A DNA stretch of 64,000 nt from an uncultured Verrucomicrobiae bacterium (GTDB lineage: Bacteria > Verrucomicrobiota > Verrucomicrobiia > Chthoniobacterales > JAFAMB01): positions 1 through 64,000 of the forward strand of contig CAWIPH010000002.1 in the NCBI GenBank assembly GCA_963837955.1, read 5' to 3'. Below, one piece after another: positions 1 to 10,179 of the stretch. Each line of letters opens with the position of its first letter. Positions within the stretch are counted from its first letter, which is position 1. Under the pieces are notes generated by a model that ran no database searches, was not told the DNA's origin, and saw only the letters and a program-made list of their open reading frames with translations. The position numbers were made by a program, and so were the translations under genes.

Positions 1-27
1 TAGCGACTTGGAGATTTTCAAGCAATG

Positions 28-366
28 CTACGTTCGAAGAATATCTTCAACCCACGACATTGCTGCCATGGTACTAGGAAAGCCAATCGTGGTGATTGCC
101 AGCATTGCTACGTGCCGTAGCTCGTCAGGGGTGCAACTTGCCTGCAACGCTCGACGCGTGTGACTATGCACGGCGCCCTCTCGCAACGAGCCAACGGCAA
201 TTGCCAGCTTCACTAGTGCACGGGTCTTGCTGTCCAACGGTCCAGCTGACTGGGTGACTTCACCGAGCGCCTCGACGGCCTGCATAACAGCTGGGTAACT
301 CTTCTCGAAGTGCTGATACCGTGCTGGTATCTGAGTTTTCGGTTTTGCGGAGGATGGCTTTTTCAT
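28..366 (-). CDS. Carboxymuconolactone decarboxylase (CMD/AhpD-like) family protein
   Basis: 112 aa; 'GPLDSKTRALVKLAIAVG...AVHSHTRRAL...TPDELRHVAMLAITTIGFP' is the CMD-family pattern. Confidence 0.85.
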   Translation of the reverse strand: MKKPSSAKPKTQIPARYQHFEKSYPAVMQAVEALGEVTQSAGPLDSKTRALVKLAIAVGSLREGAVHSHTRRALQASCTPDELRHVAMLAITTIGFPSTMAAMSWVEDILRT

Positions 367-419
367 GGGTTAATCGGTGATGTTCGATCCTGCCAAGAAA
401 GCTTTCATTGGGCAAGCGA

Positions 420-1105
420 GACAGCACAGTAACCGAAGCCAGGATTAGTGGCCCAAGCGATTCAACCACTACCGTCCCAAGCACAATTTCGGCCACAAAG
501 AATGCACCAGCAATTGGAGCGTTGTAGGCACTGGCCATTCCTGCCGCCGCACCGCAAGCAACTAGATGTCGTCGCTGCGGTATGGGGCAATTGCGAAGCC
601 GCCCAACCAGTGAAGCCACTAGCGAAGAGAGTTGAATGAGCGGTCCTTCGCGTCCGATCGAAGCGCCAGTGCTGATGGAGAAAAGGGCGGAAATCGTTTT
701 GACCAAGCTTGCGCGGAGAGAAATGACGCCGTTTCCCACCACCACGGCTTCCATGTAGTCCGTAGTCGATTTCTGCCGGACGCTGGCGATCAAGCGATTA
801 CCAATCCATAACGTCAATCCAGCCAAGACCGCACCTATAACTGGGACGAGAAACGCTGCCAAAGCGGCAGGCGCTCGAAGCTGGTAATGATCGTTGCCTC
901 GGAGCCGGTGAAGAGAAAATGGAGAAGGTCGGTAGCGCGGCGGAAACATTCCGTGACCAATGCCCCTAAAATGCCTATCACCGCCGCCCAAACCAGCGTC
1001 ACCTGTCGCTCGCCGAACCGAAACTTTTCGATGAGCCAGACCTTGAGAATGAGAAGACGGCGAAGGTGCGGTGAAAGGCGCTCCTGTTTCTTCTTCCGTG
1101 CTCAT
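420..1105 (-). pseudogene. ClC-family chloride channel/H+ antiporter (ClcB-like), frameshifted and 3'-truncated
   Basis: GASIGREGP and GAAAGMASAYNAPIAGAFF motifs; N-terminal TM segments lie in another frame; ClC-like sequence stops near 420, about half the normal length. Confidence 0.8.
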
Positions 1106-1202
1106 AACTTACAGGTTCGCGACCTCCGACATTTGGCCGTCTAAGAGTTCGCGCTCACCTCGGCTGCGTTTCACTGCACTTAAATGAGATTACGACCAGC
1201 GA

Positions 1203-2318
1203 TCACTCAACGATGACCTCAATCGGAAGCAGGTGATTGATCACGTAGGTAGCGTAGTTCTCGTCATGCTTGTCAGGCTGAACGTCGCCATAGGCATCTT
1301 TGGCGCGAGAGAACAACGTATAGTGACCCGGCTTCTTCGGCGTAACCCAATCAAATTTCCAACGTCGCCACGCATACCGTTGAACAGGATCTACGCATTC
1401 TGCCTGGGCCCAGGTTTGGCCACCGTCAGTGCTGACCGATACCTCGGTCACTTCGCTTTCCCCCGTCCAGGCAGCGCCAAACACTGTGTATGCCTGGTTC
1501 GGTGCCACTGTTTCGTAAGCAGTGGGCCGGAAGATCTCGGACTTCAGCTTCATTTCTCCCAGCGGGCGTCGCACCGGCTTTCCATCCACATAATCCCAAT
1601 ACCCATAATCTGATGTTTGCCAGTAACCTGGAAACGGTTCTCGCACAGCATAGATGCGGGTCAACCACTTGACGGAAGCCATTGCGTAATGACCTGGTAC
1701 AATCGCGCGTATCGGGTATCCGTGATCTTCGGAGAGATTACGGCCGTTCATCTGGTAAGCGATCAGTACTTCCCGCTGAAGTGCCTTTGCTCTCGGCAAA
1801 CTACGGGCATAGGTGATTGGACCGGGAGGTATTGCCCCTTCCTTCGGTACTCCGCGATCAGGTCCTTCCAGCACGATTTCGCAAGCGTCTTCTTCTAACC
1901 CGGCGCGTTCCAGTAAAACCGACAAAGGCACCCCGGTCCATTCCGCATTTCCGACTGCGCCAAGTTCCCACTGAGCTCCTTGAACTTGGGGAACGAGGAA
2001 GACCCGACTATTGCCGGCGCACTCCAAGATGGCGACGCGGGTCTCGGCTGGCATGTCTCGCAACTCCTGGTAGGTTAGTGAAAACGGACTCCGAACCGCC
2101 CCGTCGATATGCAGCCGGTAAGAAGCCAGCTCTAGTTTTGGTGACGGGGAGTGACTGCGTACGTAGAACAGCTCTGTCGGAGTCAGAAACGAATCAATCC
2201 GATCAAGGGGAGTCTCCAGATTGTTCGGCTCCTTCTGTCGGATAATCAGGCCGATTGAAGAAGACTGATTAGGGCTATTGATCTCGTCTCCAGTGTAGTC
2301 CTTTTGGATATTTCCCAT
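1203..2318 (-). CDS. Sulfite oxidase-family molybdopterin oxidoreductase
   Basis: FYVRSH, Mo-ligand motif ECAGNSR, DHGYPIRAIVPG...SVKWL, C-terminal dimerization domain (VSTDGG.TW); no obvious Tat signal. Confidence 0.9.
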   Translation of the reverse strand: MGNIQKDYTGDEINSPNQSSSIGLIIRQKEPNNLETPLDRIDSFLTPTELFYVRSHSPSPKLELASYRLHIDGAVRSPFSLTYQELRDMPAETRVAILECAGNSRVFLVPQVQGAQWELGAVGNAEWTGVPLSVLLERAGLEEDACEIVLEGPDRGVPKEGAIPPGPITYARSLPRAKALQREVLIAYQMNGRNLSEDHGYPIRAIVPGHYAMASVKWLTRIYAVREPFPGYWQTSDYGYWDYVDGKPVRRPLGEMKLKSEIFRPTAYETVAPNQAYTVFGAAWTGESEVTEVSVSTDGGQTWAQAECVDPVQRYAWRRWKFDWVTPKKPGHYTLFSRAKDAYGDVQPDKHDENYATYVINHLLPIEVIVE

Positions 2319-2460
2319 GATTTTTTCCTAACTAATCCGGTTTGCTACTACCGCTGATTAGAAGTGCGGATCAAAAGGGCCACGGTTTGTCGAAGTTCTG
2401 ACTCTCCGAGGTATATGCTCCTGGCTTGCATTCTTTCATAGTCGCCACTTGCTAGTTCGA

Positions 2461-2675
2461 TCATCTCATCTGGTACCAATCTCGGTTCGCTGCCACAACG
2501 TCCTCGTCTGCATCCTCGTTGGGGTGCGGATCCATCTTTCCGATGAGTGCGGCGTGGAATCCTTTTCCTGCCCCAGCATCAAGGCTGGAGCATCCAGTAA
2601 ATCCCAGCAAGCAGAAAGCCGGGACCATGAAGAGTAATCGCAGGTGTTCGTATTGATCGATATTCGATTTTTCAT
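2461..2675 (-). CDS. Small putative lipoprotein (frameshift in signal region; absent from ORF track)
   Basis: Frame ending at 2461 reads LRLLFMVPAFCLLGFTG-CSSLDAGAGKGFHAALIGKMDPHPNEDADEDVVAANRDWYQMR*; hydrophobic stretch plus lipobox FTG-C; basic MKNR start at 2675 is one base out of frame. Confidence 0.5.
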
Positions 2676-2953
2676 GTATCTGAGTACCAGCAAAACGCTA
2701 CGATGGATAACTCAAATGTTATGATAGGCTATCACATATCCTGATTGCTGGAGCAAAATCGGATGCGATCCGGTGCAATTTCTACGCGCAACGGAGAGGT
2801 CGTCTAAGACCGAGCGTTGCCGCGGTAATCGGCTACGGAACCTACACACTTTTTAGGCGGTGTTCGGCTGGTGCTGCGGAAGGTGCTGTCCGCTTAAGCA
2901 AAAGCGGTAAGTCCACGCTCGACTCGCTTCGTTTCCGGACCTAAGAAATCGGT

Positions 2954-3951
2954 ATGCCTGCTCGTGAGACCAAGCACATTGTCTTCTTTACTCTACCACC
3001 GGTGCGCGAAATTGATTTGGTCGGGGCGGTCGATGTCTTTACTTCGGCGAATCGGGCCGTCGGCGGCAAGCCACTTTATGGTATCAAGATCGTCAACGCG
3101 GAGAAAGCGCGTGCGGATAGAAAGATCGCTGGCATGTGTGGACTTTCACTTTGTTGTGACGTCGATTTCCGAGGCTTTCGGGGCGAGATCGACACGCTGC
3201 TGATTCCGGGTGGGACTGGTGTCGAGGAAAGCTACCCGGATGCGGCAGCCGCGCAGTGGTTGGGACAGGCGGCAACCGACAGTCGCCGAGTAGGATCCAT
3301 TTGCACGGGCGCTTTTCTGCTGGCCCACGCCGGACTGCTCGATGGCCGCCGAGCCGCCACGCATTGGGCATTTGCCACCGAGTTGGCTAAGCGCTATCCC
3401 AAGGTCAATGTCGACCCCGAGCCAATCTGGATTCAGGACGACAATTTCTACACCTCGGCTGGCGTGACCGCTGGCATCGACCTTTCGCTGGCGCTGCTGG
3501 AGGAAGATCACGGCGCCGCCCTGGCTTTGGAAGTCGCTCGCGTGTTGGTAGTCTTCCTGCGCCGACCGGGTAACCAAGCCCAGTTCAGTGTATCGCTCAG
3601 GAGACAATCACTTGAGCGAAACCTCTGCATGAATTGCGCGTTTGGATGGCCGAGCATCTTACGGCCGATCTTTCCGTGCCTGCACTGGCACGGCGCGTAG
3701 CGATGAGTCCGCGCAATTTCCAGCGCGTCTTCACTAGCGGAGTAGGCAAATCGCCTGCGCACTATGTAGAAGAGCTGCGAATCGAGACCGCGCGCCGGCT
3801 CTTGGAACGCACGACACAAACCTTGGATGAGATCGCCGACAGCTGCGGCTTTGGTAGCGCCGATGTCATGGCACGAGCTTTCACCCGAGTGCTTCAGCTG
3901 ACCCCAGGCGAATACCGAAGCCGCTTCCGCTCATCGGGCATCGGAAAATAG
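2954..3951 (+). CDS. GlxA-family AraC transcriptional regulator (DJ-1/PfpI + HTH), one frameshift near 3600-3630
   Basis: SICTGAFLLA..GLLDGRRAATHW and TSAGVTAGIDL in ORF 2954-3700; AraC HTH (LARRVAMSPRNFQRVF...CGFGS...TPGEYR) in ORF 3634-3951. Confidence 0.9.
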
Positions 3952-4012
3952 TTTGGCCCAATTCATCGGATCAATGGCGTAGTACTTCGGTGGAGCGCGA
4001 TTACGGTGTCGC

Positions 4013-4655
4013 ATGAACAACACATCCATTGCAGGTGTCCGTATACCGGACAGCAAACTGGCGCAAGCCGCCACCGAACTGGTGCGAGACACCGAATCAG
4101 ACCTTCTATTTCACCACTCGACCAGGGTCTATTATTTCGGGGCGCTGGCCGGTCTGCGAAGGGGCTGAAGTTCGATTCCGAACTGCTCTACATCGGAGCC
4201 ATGTTTCACGACATCGGCCTTACCAGGGAATACCGTAGTGCGACCGATCGCTTTGAAGTGGATAGTGCCAACGCCGCGCGTGCCTTTCTGCGGCCAGCAT
4301 GGCTGATGAGCCAGCTATTGATGTGGTTTGGGACGCCATCGCACTGCACACCACGCCGGGCATTCCCCAAGCACAAGAAGCCGGAAGTAGCCATGGTGAC
4401 AGCGGGTGTAGAGATGGAGTTCTCGGGATTGGCTACCTTGATGTGCCCGACGCTCACCGGGAAGCGGTAGTCAAGGCGCATCCGCGCGGGGATCACTTCA
4501 AGGAGCAGATCATCCACGCCTTTCACGATGGATTCTGCCACAAGCCGGAGACGACTTTCGGAACCGTGAACGATGACGTGCTCGCGCTGCTCGACCCAAA
4601 ATTTAGACGGGCTAACTTTTGCAGCATCATCCTCAATTCGGCCTGGCGCGAATAG
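4013..4655 (+). CDS. HD-domain metal-dependent phosphohydrolase, several frameshifts
   Basis: Pieces MNNTSIAGVRIPDSKLAQAATELVRD...HHSTRVYYFG / LYIGAMFHDIGL / VWDAIALHTTPGI / KPETTFGTVNDDVL; this family commonly lies next to GlxA regulators. Confidence 0.85.
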
Positions 4656-4866
4656 GCAGAGAAGATCCCCGAACGCCATCTCAATGATCGGGGTCCAAGC
4701 CGTCAGCAATTCTACTCTGCCGCGAACCGATCGCTCTGATTCAAATTCCGGCTCAATCATTTGGACTGGTTAGGAGCTGCCAATTGAAAAAGCGCTTCTA
4801 AATGAAACGACTAATCATCCGTGATTTCTGCGAGTCTTGCGGTGTAGCTCATCTCGCAGACGCGAG

Positions 4867-6322
4867 TTAGGCGGCCTTTAAAACATTCAGCTTCAATGCT
4901 CGTGCCACACCATCGCCCGTAGGCAGGATCGGCTCTTCTGCAGTTCGCAACATGCCGCTCCAGAACCTCCTGAGAGGCGCCATTGATCGCGCGAGCCGTG
5001 TTGTCGAAGAGCAACTGCTTTTGCTCAGGGGTCATCTTCCGGAAGAGATTGCCCGGTTGCTCCCAGTGATCATCCACTAAGCGGTGGTCATAGTGGCCAG
5101 CCTCGCCTTCGAGCGTGAGCGGCAGGTCAGCGTATTCCGGTTGGTTGTCCCACAATCCCTGGCTATTCGGGTTGTAAGTCGTCGTCGCTCCCAGGTTTCC
5201 ATCTGTGCGCATCTGGCCATCGCGGTGATAGGAGTGGAACGGACACTTCGGCGCGTTAACAGGAATGTGATTGAAGTTAATACCGAGGCGGTATCGCTGG
5301 GTATCTCCATAAGAGAACAGGCGGCCCTGGAGCATCTTGTCAGGAGAGAAGCCAATTCCGGGAACCACATTCGCCGGGGAGAAGGCGGCTTGCTCCACCT
5401 CTGCGAAGTAGTTTTCCGGATAACGATTGAGCTCCATTACGCCAACTTCGATCAGTGGATAGTCAGCCTTGGGCCAGACTTTGGTCAAATCAAAAGGATT
5501 GTGCTTGTGTGTCTTTGCCTGTTCCTCTGTCATTACCTGGATGAAGAGCGTCCAGCGCGGAAAATTTCCACTTTCGATTGCCTCCAATAGATCTCGGCCA
5601 TGACTCTCCCGATCATTTGCCACAACCGCAGCAGCAGCTTCGTCCGTGAGATTTTCAATACCTTGCTGTGAGCGGAAGTGGAACTTCACCCAAGTGCGCT
5701 TGTTCTCGGCATTGATCATCGAGAAGGTGTGACTTCCGAAGAGATGCATATGCCGGAAGGACTTTGGAATTCCGCGGTCGGACATGACGACTGTGACCTG
5801 ATGGAGTGCCTCTGGAAGAAGACTCCAGAAGTCCCAGTTATTCTGAGCGCTCCGAAGACCGGTGCGGGGGTCGCGCTTGATAGCGTGGTTGAGGTCAGAG
5901 AAGCGTAGAGGATCGCGGAAGAAAAAGACTGGAGTATTGTTTCCGACGATGTCCCAATTTCCGTCCTCGGTGTAAAACTTGAGAGCAATCCCGCGGATAT
6001 CGCGCTCCGCATCGGCTGCCCCGCGTTCCCCGGCGACGGTTGAAAAGCGCACGAACATAGGCGTCTGCTTTCCAATCTTCGAAAAAATCACTGCCTTGGT
6101 GTACTTTGTGATGTCGTGAGTCGTCGTGAAAGTTCCATGCGCCCCCCAGCCTTTGGCATGCATCCTGCGCTCAGGAATGACCTCGCGATCAAAGTGCGCG
6201 AGCTTCTCGATCAGCCAGATGTCCTGGAGTAGAGCCGGACCACGACGACCGGCTGTCAAAATATTTGTGTTGTCCGGTACGGGAGCACCGGTTGCATTGG
6301 TAAAGCGTTCGGGTTTTGACAT
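4867..6322 (-). CDS. katA: Monofunctional heme catalase (small subunit)
   Basis: [48 protein letters not shown]; a +1 slip near 4917 hides the likely terminus [17 protein letters not shown] at 4867. Confidence 0.95.
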
Positions 6323-6516
6323 TATGAATTCTCACTTTCAGAAGTTCTGTTATTGCAAAGTTGATATATGAATCATAATCGTGCGGAAATGCTATGCCCA
6401 GAACGGGTGGTTGCTTCTGACCCGATCGGAGGATAACATTCTCCCGGCGACTTATAACGGTTGTTTTCGGCAGCAGTCCGGCACCTGTCAGACCGTAGCA
6501 GTTTGCAGCGGCAAGT

Positions 6517-6804
6517 ATGGTGGAAAGTGAAGACGCCCCGCCGCGCAGCAATGGAGAGTTGTTTTTCCAACGGCTCTGGGAAGGCAGGGTTTTTGGTATG
6601 GCGATCGCGCTATCGAAAAAAGGCCACTATGAATGGGAAGAAATTCGGCAGAAATTGATCGCCTCATCGCCGAGTGGGAAGCTAAACACGATAAGGATGG
6701 TCCAGATTGGGACTACTACGCGCTGGTTATTAGCTTTGGAGAAGATGGTTCTCGAGACAAGAATGCTGGTCCTATCCATGCTTCGCCGCTGCGCTACGCG
6801 CTAG
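6517..6804 (+). CDS. Nitrile hydratase accessory protein (NHase beta N-terminal-like), frameshifted
   Basis: PPRSNGELFF..LWEGRVFGMAIAL..G.YEWEE, then IAEWE...DWDYY and RWLLALEKMV in shifted frames. Confidence 0.75.
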   Translation: MVESEDAPPRSNGELFFQRLWEGRVFGMAIALSKKGHYEWEEIRQKLIASSPSGKLNTIRMVQIGTTTRWLLALEKMVLETRMLVLSMLRRCATR

Positions 6805-8679
6805 TAACGGCTCTGACTGGTCCGCGGAAACTTGTTTCCCCCGAGCCTGGATGCCGCGCCAATATTTCAGCGGAAGCATCCCCAGAGCCATGACGACTAG
6901 TTGGATGGCGATGAACGTCATCAGAGTACCGAACGCCTGATCCATAAAGCCATAGGAGTGCAGACCGACGCCGAGCATGTTAACTCCGAACCAGGACAGA
7001 CTGACCACGATGTTGCCAAAAACACTCATCACTGCAAGCCCACGTTCGCGAATGAAGCCACCCCAGCGGGCGTGAAGAATGATGGCGTTCCACAGGACGA
7101 TAAGAAGCGCTCCGTTCTCCTTTGGGTCCCATCCCCAGAATCGCCCCCAAGATTGATCGGCCCAGATTCCGCCGAGGATGGTTCCAACGAAGCTGAACAA
7201 GGTAGCAAAGCAAGTGATACCGTACATCATTCGACTGAGTGAACTCGCTGTCGTTTCGTTGAACGAGGTGGTAAAAAGGCCGCGCAAGATATAGATAATG
7301 CCTAGGAAACCGGCCAACGCGACCGATGAGTAACCAAGAGTCACCATGACCACATGAGTCGCTAACCATACATTGGTGTCTAACACGGCTCGAAGCATTT
7401 CAAGCGAATCACCATCCAACTGCAAATTGTGGGCGATCAAAAGGGTGACAAAACCGATGGTCGAAGCGCACACACTCCCAATCCCGTTCTTGTAAAAACG
7501 CTCGAGGAAAAGACAGAGAAGAACCGAACCCCAGCCGACAAAGAGCGCTGAACTATACAGATTGGTAACTGGAGGTCGTCCTTGCAAATACATGCGGACC
7601 AAGAGCCCGACCGTATGCAGGAGGAACGCGCAAACGAGCAGAATAACGGCAGTCTTTCCCAGTGTCTTCGGCCACTTCAACCACGAGAATAGGGCGAATA
7701 TCAGGACGATGACGTATAGGACCATTGCCTGAAGGAACGGTTGCGCCCGGTTGAACAAGTACTCGAGCCGAGGTCGCGACAATTGCTCTGGAATCGTTCT
7801 GTCAAGGTACTGATTATACTCTTGGATGATCCGGTTGAATCCGGCCACATTATCGCTGCGGTAAGCGGAGATCAGATCTCCATACATGATAGCTGGATAC
7901 CCCACTTTCCCCGTGGCGACGGCATTAAAAAGTGCGTCGGACATATGCCACCACCGGTCGCTGTCGATCTTACCATTCGGATTCGGAACAGCGTACACAT
8001 ATCTAGCCTGACTGAGGGTTTGGTAGCGTTTGGTGAACCAGACGAGACGCAATAACTCCTGTTCGTTAAAGGGCCGGTTTGCCTCTCGATCCCGAATGGC
8101 TCGCATACCTGGCTGCAGCACCCGATCGAAAGCCTGCAATTCTCTTGCGAAATCGGGTGAATCCTCTGCCTGAATACTGTTCTTCAACAGCAGGTAGATC
8201 CGCAAAGCGTCTCGGAGCTTAATGATCCCGCGCTGGAATGCGTTCCGGGTTTGAGCCTCCGTTTGCGTCGCTAATCCGGCTTGTTTGCCAATCTCGCCGA
8301 GGAATGGTTCGCAGTCGTTATAAGAATAGGAAACGGGTTTCCCGTTGGCTTCCTGCCGGCCGAAAAGGCCTAGAATATCGGGATTGGTCACTTCAAAGAC
8401 CTTTGCGGCATCCGCACGCCGGGGCATCATGAATACATCAAGCAACCATCGACTGGCGGGCTCTACTTTGCCTTCAACAGTGAAGGTTCCGTGGTGATTC
8501 ATCATCGAAAGCGACATGCGGGCCAATGTATCCATTGGCATTACTCGGCCGCCGACCAGAACCGGAAGTCGGCTAAAGCCGTCGATATCCAACCCGGGAG
8601 CCTGCCTGTGGGGAATCATCTTCGAAATCACCCAGATCACAAGCACCAGACTAATGAGCCACGGAATAGACTTTTTCAT
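6772..8679 (-). CDS. ccsA: System II cytochrome c biogenesis protein CcsA/ResC with large extracytoplasmic domain
   Basis: WWD motif GGIWADQSWGRFWGWDPKE, RPPVTNLYSS, WLATHV, GLHSYG; ATG at 8679 overlaps the upstream stop (ATGA). Confidence 0.92.
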   Translation of the reverse strand: MKKSIPWLISLVLVIWVISKMIPHRQAPGLDIDGFSRLPVLVGGRVMPMDTLARMSLSMMNHHGTFTVEGKVEPASRWLLDVFMMPRRADAAKVFEVTNPDILGLFGRQEANGKPVSYSYNDCEPFLGEIGKQAGLATQTEAQTRNAFQRGIIKLRDALRIYLLLKNSIQAEDSPDFARELQAFDRVLQPGMRAIRDREANRPFNEQELLRLVWFTKRYQTLSQARYVYAVPNPNGKIDSDRWWHMSDALFNAVATGKVGYPAIMYGDLISAYRSDNVAGFNRIIQEYNQYLDRTIPEQLSRPRLEYLFNRAQPFLQAMVLYVIVLIFALFSWLKWPKTLGKTAVILLVCAFLLHTVGLLVRMYLQGRPPVTNLYSSALFVGWGSVLLCLFLERFYKNGIGSVCASTIGFVTLLIAHNLQLDGDSLEMLRAVLDTNVWLATHVVMVTLGYSSVALAGFLGIIYILRGLFTTSFNETTASSLSRMMYGITCFATLFSFVGTILGGIWADQSWGRFWGWDPKENGALLIVLWNAIILHARWGGFIRERGLAVMSVFGNIVVSLSWFGVNMLGVGLHSYGFMDQAFGTLMTFIAIQLVVMALGMLPLKYWRGIQARGKQVSADQSEPLLARSAAAKHG

Positions 8680-9827
8680 GAAATCACGCGCCGTCTGACA
8701 AAACTGGTTAGATGCATCCCAAATTGAATGACCATGCCGAAAGCGATGAGCGCACAAGAGATATACGGTATCAGCCAACTGGGATTCTGCACCACTTGGA
8801 GGATGGTCGTCGTATCATTGTTATCAAAGCCCGATTGGTAGAAAGTCATGCCTTGGTAGCGCAACGGGTGATTCATGTAGATCAGCGTTTCCCGATCTTC
8901 ATGGCGGGAAGGATCCAGCAGTCGAATTCGGCTCGAGAAGTTCTTGGGAATATCAGTCCCCGCGTAACGATCGTGACTAAACTGAACGAGCTGAATCGCA
9001 AAAGGCTTATAGAAGCGTTTGGGTCGCAGCACGATTTGATAATTCTTTGCGCCGGCCTGAAAACTTACCGGCCGGGGAAAGCCGGCTGCGAGATTCCAGG
9101 AGCCAACGTGCCTTCCGCCTTGCCAGACCGATACGGCAGCAGTTGGCATGTTGCGTTCGTTCTCTTTGTAGGTTCGTTCTGTTTGGACCGATACCGCCAT
9201 TGGGCCGATCGGTAGATGTGGATAGTTCGAGGACGGGAGCTGATCCGGGCGAAACAGGGCCGAGTTGATGAAATATTCGTCGATACCAACCTCTAGAGAG
9301 TCCGCCGGCAGACCAATCTTGTGGCCTTTGTACAATTGTGAATCCGGAATGGAGATTACCTGATCGAAATCGGGAGCGCTTGTATCAATCACGGCGAGTT
9401 CATTGTGATAATAGCTAAGCGAATAGTTTTTCGTCTCGCCTTGATCCAGGCGCATCTGACTTTCCACTTGGAATAGACTGGTGAACAATTGGCCGAGCAG
9501 TAACAGGATCACTCCCGCGTGAAGGACGAGGATCCCCGCTTTTTTCCAAGTGAATTTGAATCGCGCCAGGTGTGCCGCGATCAGATTCACTAAAAGCAAC
9601 CCGCCCACCAGATAGCCGCTGGGAAACCACGGAATTTTTAGGGTAGTTCCAGGCGGTGTAAAGTAGAGAAAGAAGCTCTTGAAGTATCGGTTTTCCGCCT
9701 CGTAAACGCCAATATTCACCTGATCCAGGGTACCGAGGAAGACCAGAATCATCGCACACGCGAAGCAGAAGACAGTTAGCTTGAGCGAGGTGAGAGGTTT
9801 CACCCAGTGAATAATATTATTGGTCAT
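8676..9827 (-). CDS. resB: ResB/CcsB-like cytochrome c biogenesis protein
   Basis: LTSLKLTV...LVFLGTL.Q, conserved TM His (LVLHAG), MNHPLRY.G.TFYQSGF; translationally coupled to ccsA. Confidence 0.88.
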   Translation of the reverse strand: MTNNIIHWVKPLTSLKLTVFCFACAMILVFLGTLDQVNIGVYEAENRYFKSFFLYFTPPGTTLKIPWFPSGYLVGGLLLVNLIAAHLARFKFTWKKAGILVLHAGVILLLLGQLFTSLFQVESQMRLDQGETKNYSLSYYHNELAVIDTSAPDFDQVISIPDSQLYKGHKIGLPADSLEVGIDEYFINSALFRPDQLPSSNYPHLPIGPMAVSVQTERTYKENERNMPTAAVSVWQGGRHVGSWNLAAGFPRPVSFQAGAKNYQIVLRPKRFYKPFAIQLVQFSHDRYAGTDIPKNFSSRIRLLDPSRHEDRETLIYMNHPLRYQGMTFYQSGFDNNDTTTILQVVQNPSWLIPYISCALIAFGMVIQFGMHLTSFVRRRVIS

Positions 9828-9995
9828 TGGGTGATCTTGGCATGTTTAAAGCCATGGTCGTTTGCTAACTAAATGACAGTTAACGAGTAGATTGCGTTGT
9901 TAGTGAAATTAGGAAAAGGTGTTTGCGGAAAGCGGTAGGGCAACGCCCCATAAACATTAACTTGATCGATTTAGGGCTCGCGGAGGCCTCACAAG

Positions 9996-10056
9996 GTAGG
10001 CGAACCGCCTCGGTTTGCACGGCTCTGAAAAGGTGCAAAGCGGACGATTCGCCTAC
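9996..10056. repeat. GTAG-footed REP doublet (REPIN-like)
   Basis: GTAGGCGAACCGCCTCGGTTTGC ... GCAAAGCGGACGATTCGCCTAC inverted pair. Confidence 0.65.
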
Positions 10057-10179
10057 TTCCAAACTTGATGCTAACCGGCAAGGTGCGGGAAGCGACCTGG
10101 CCTCTCCGCCTTAGCCGCGCGTCGGCGGGAACGGAGAGGAGAGGCGATTGCGCATCTAAATTATTATTGGCCGGTGGAA

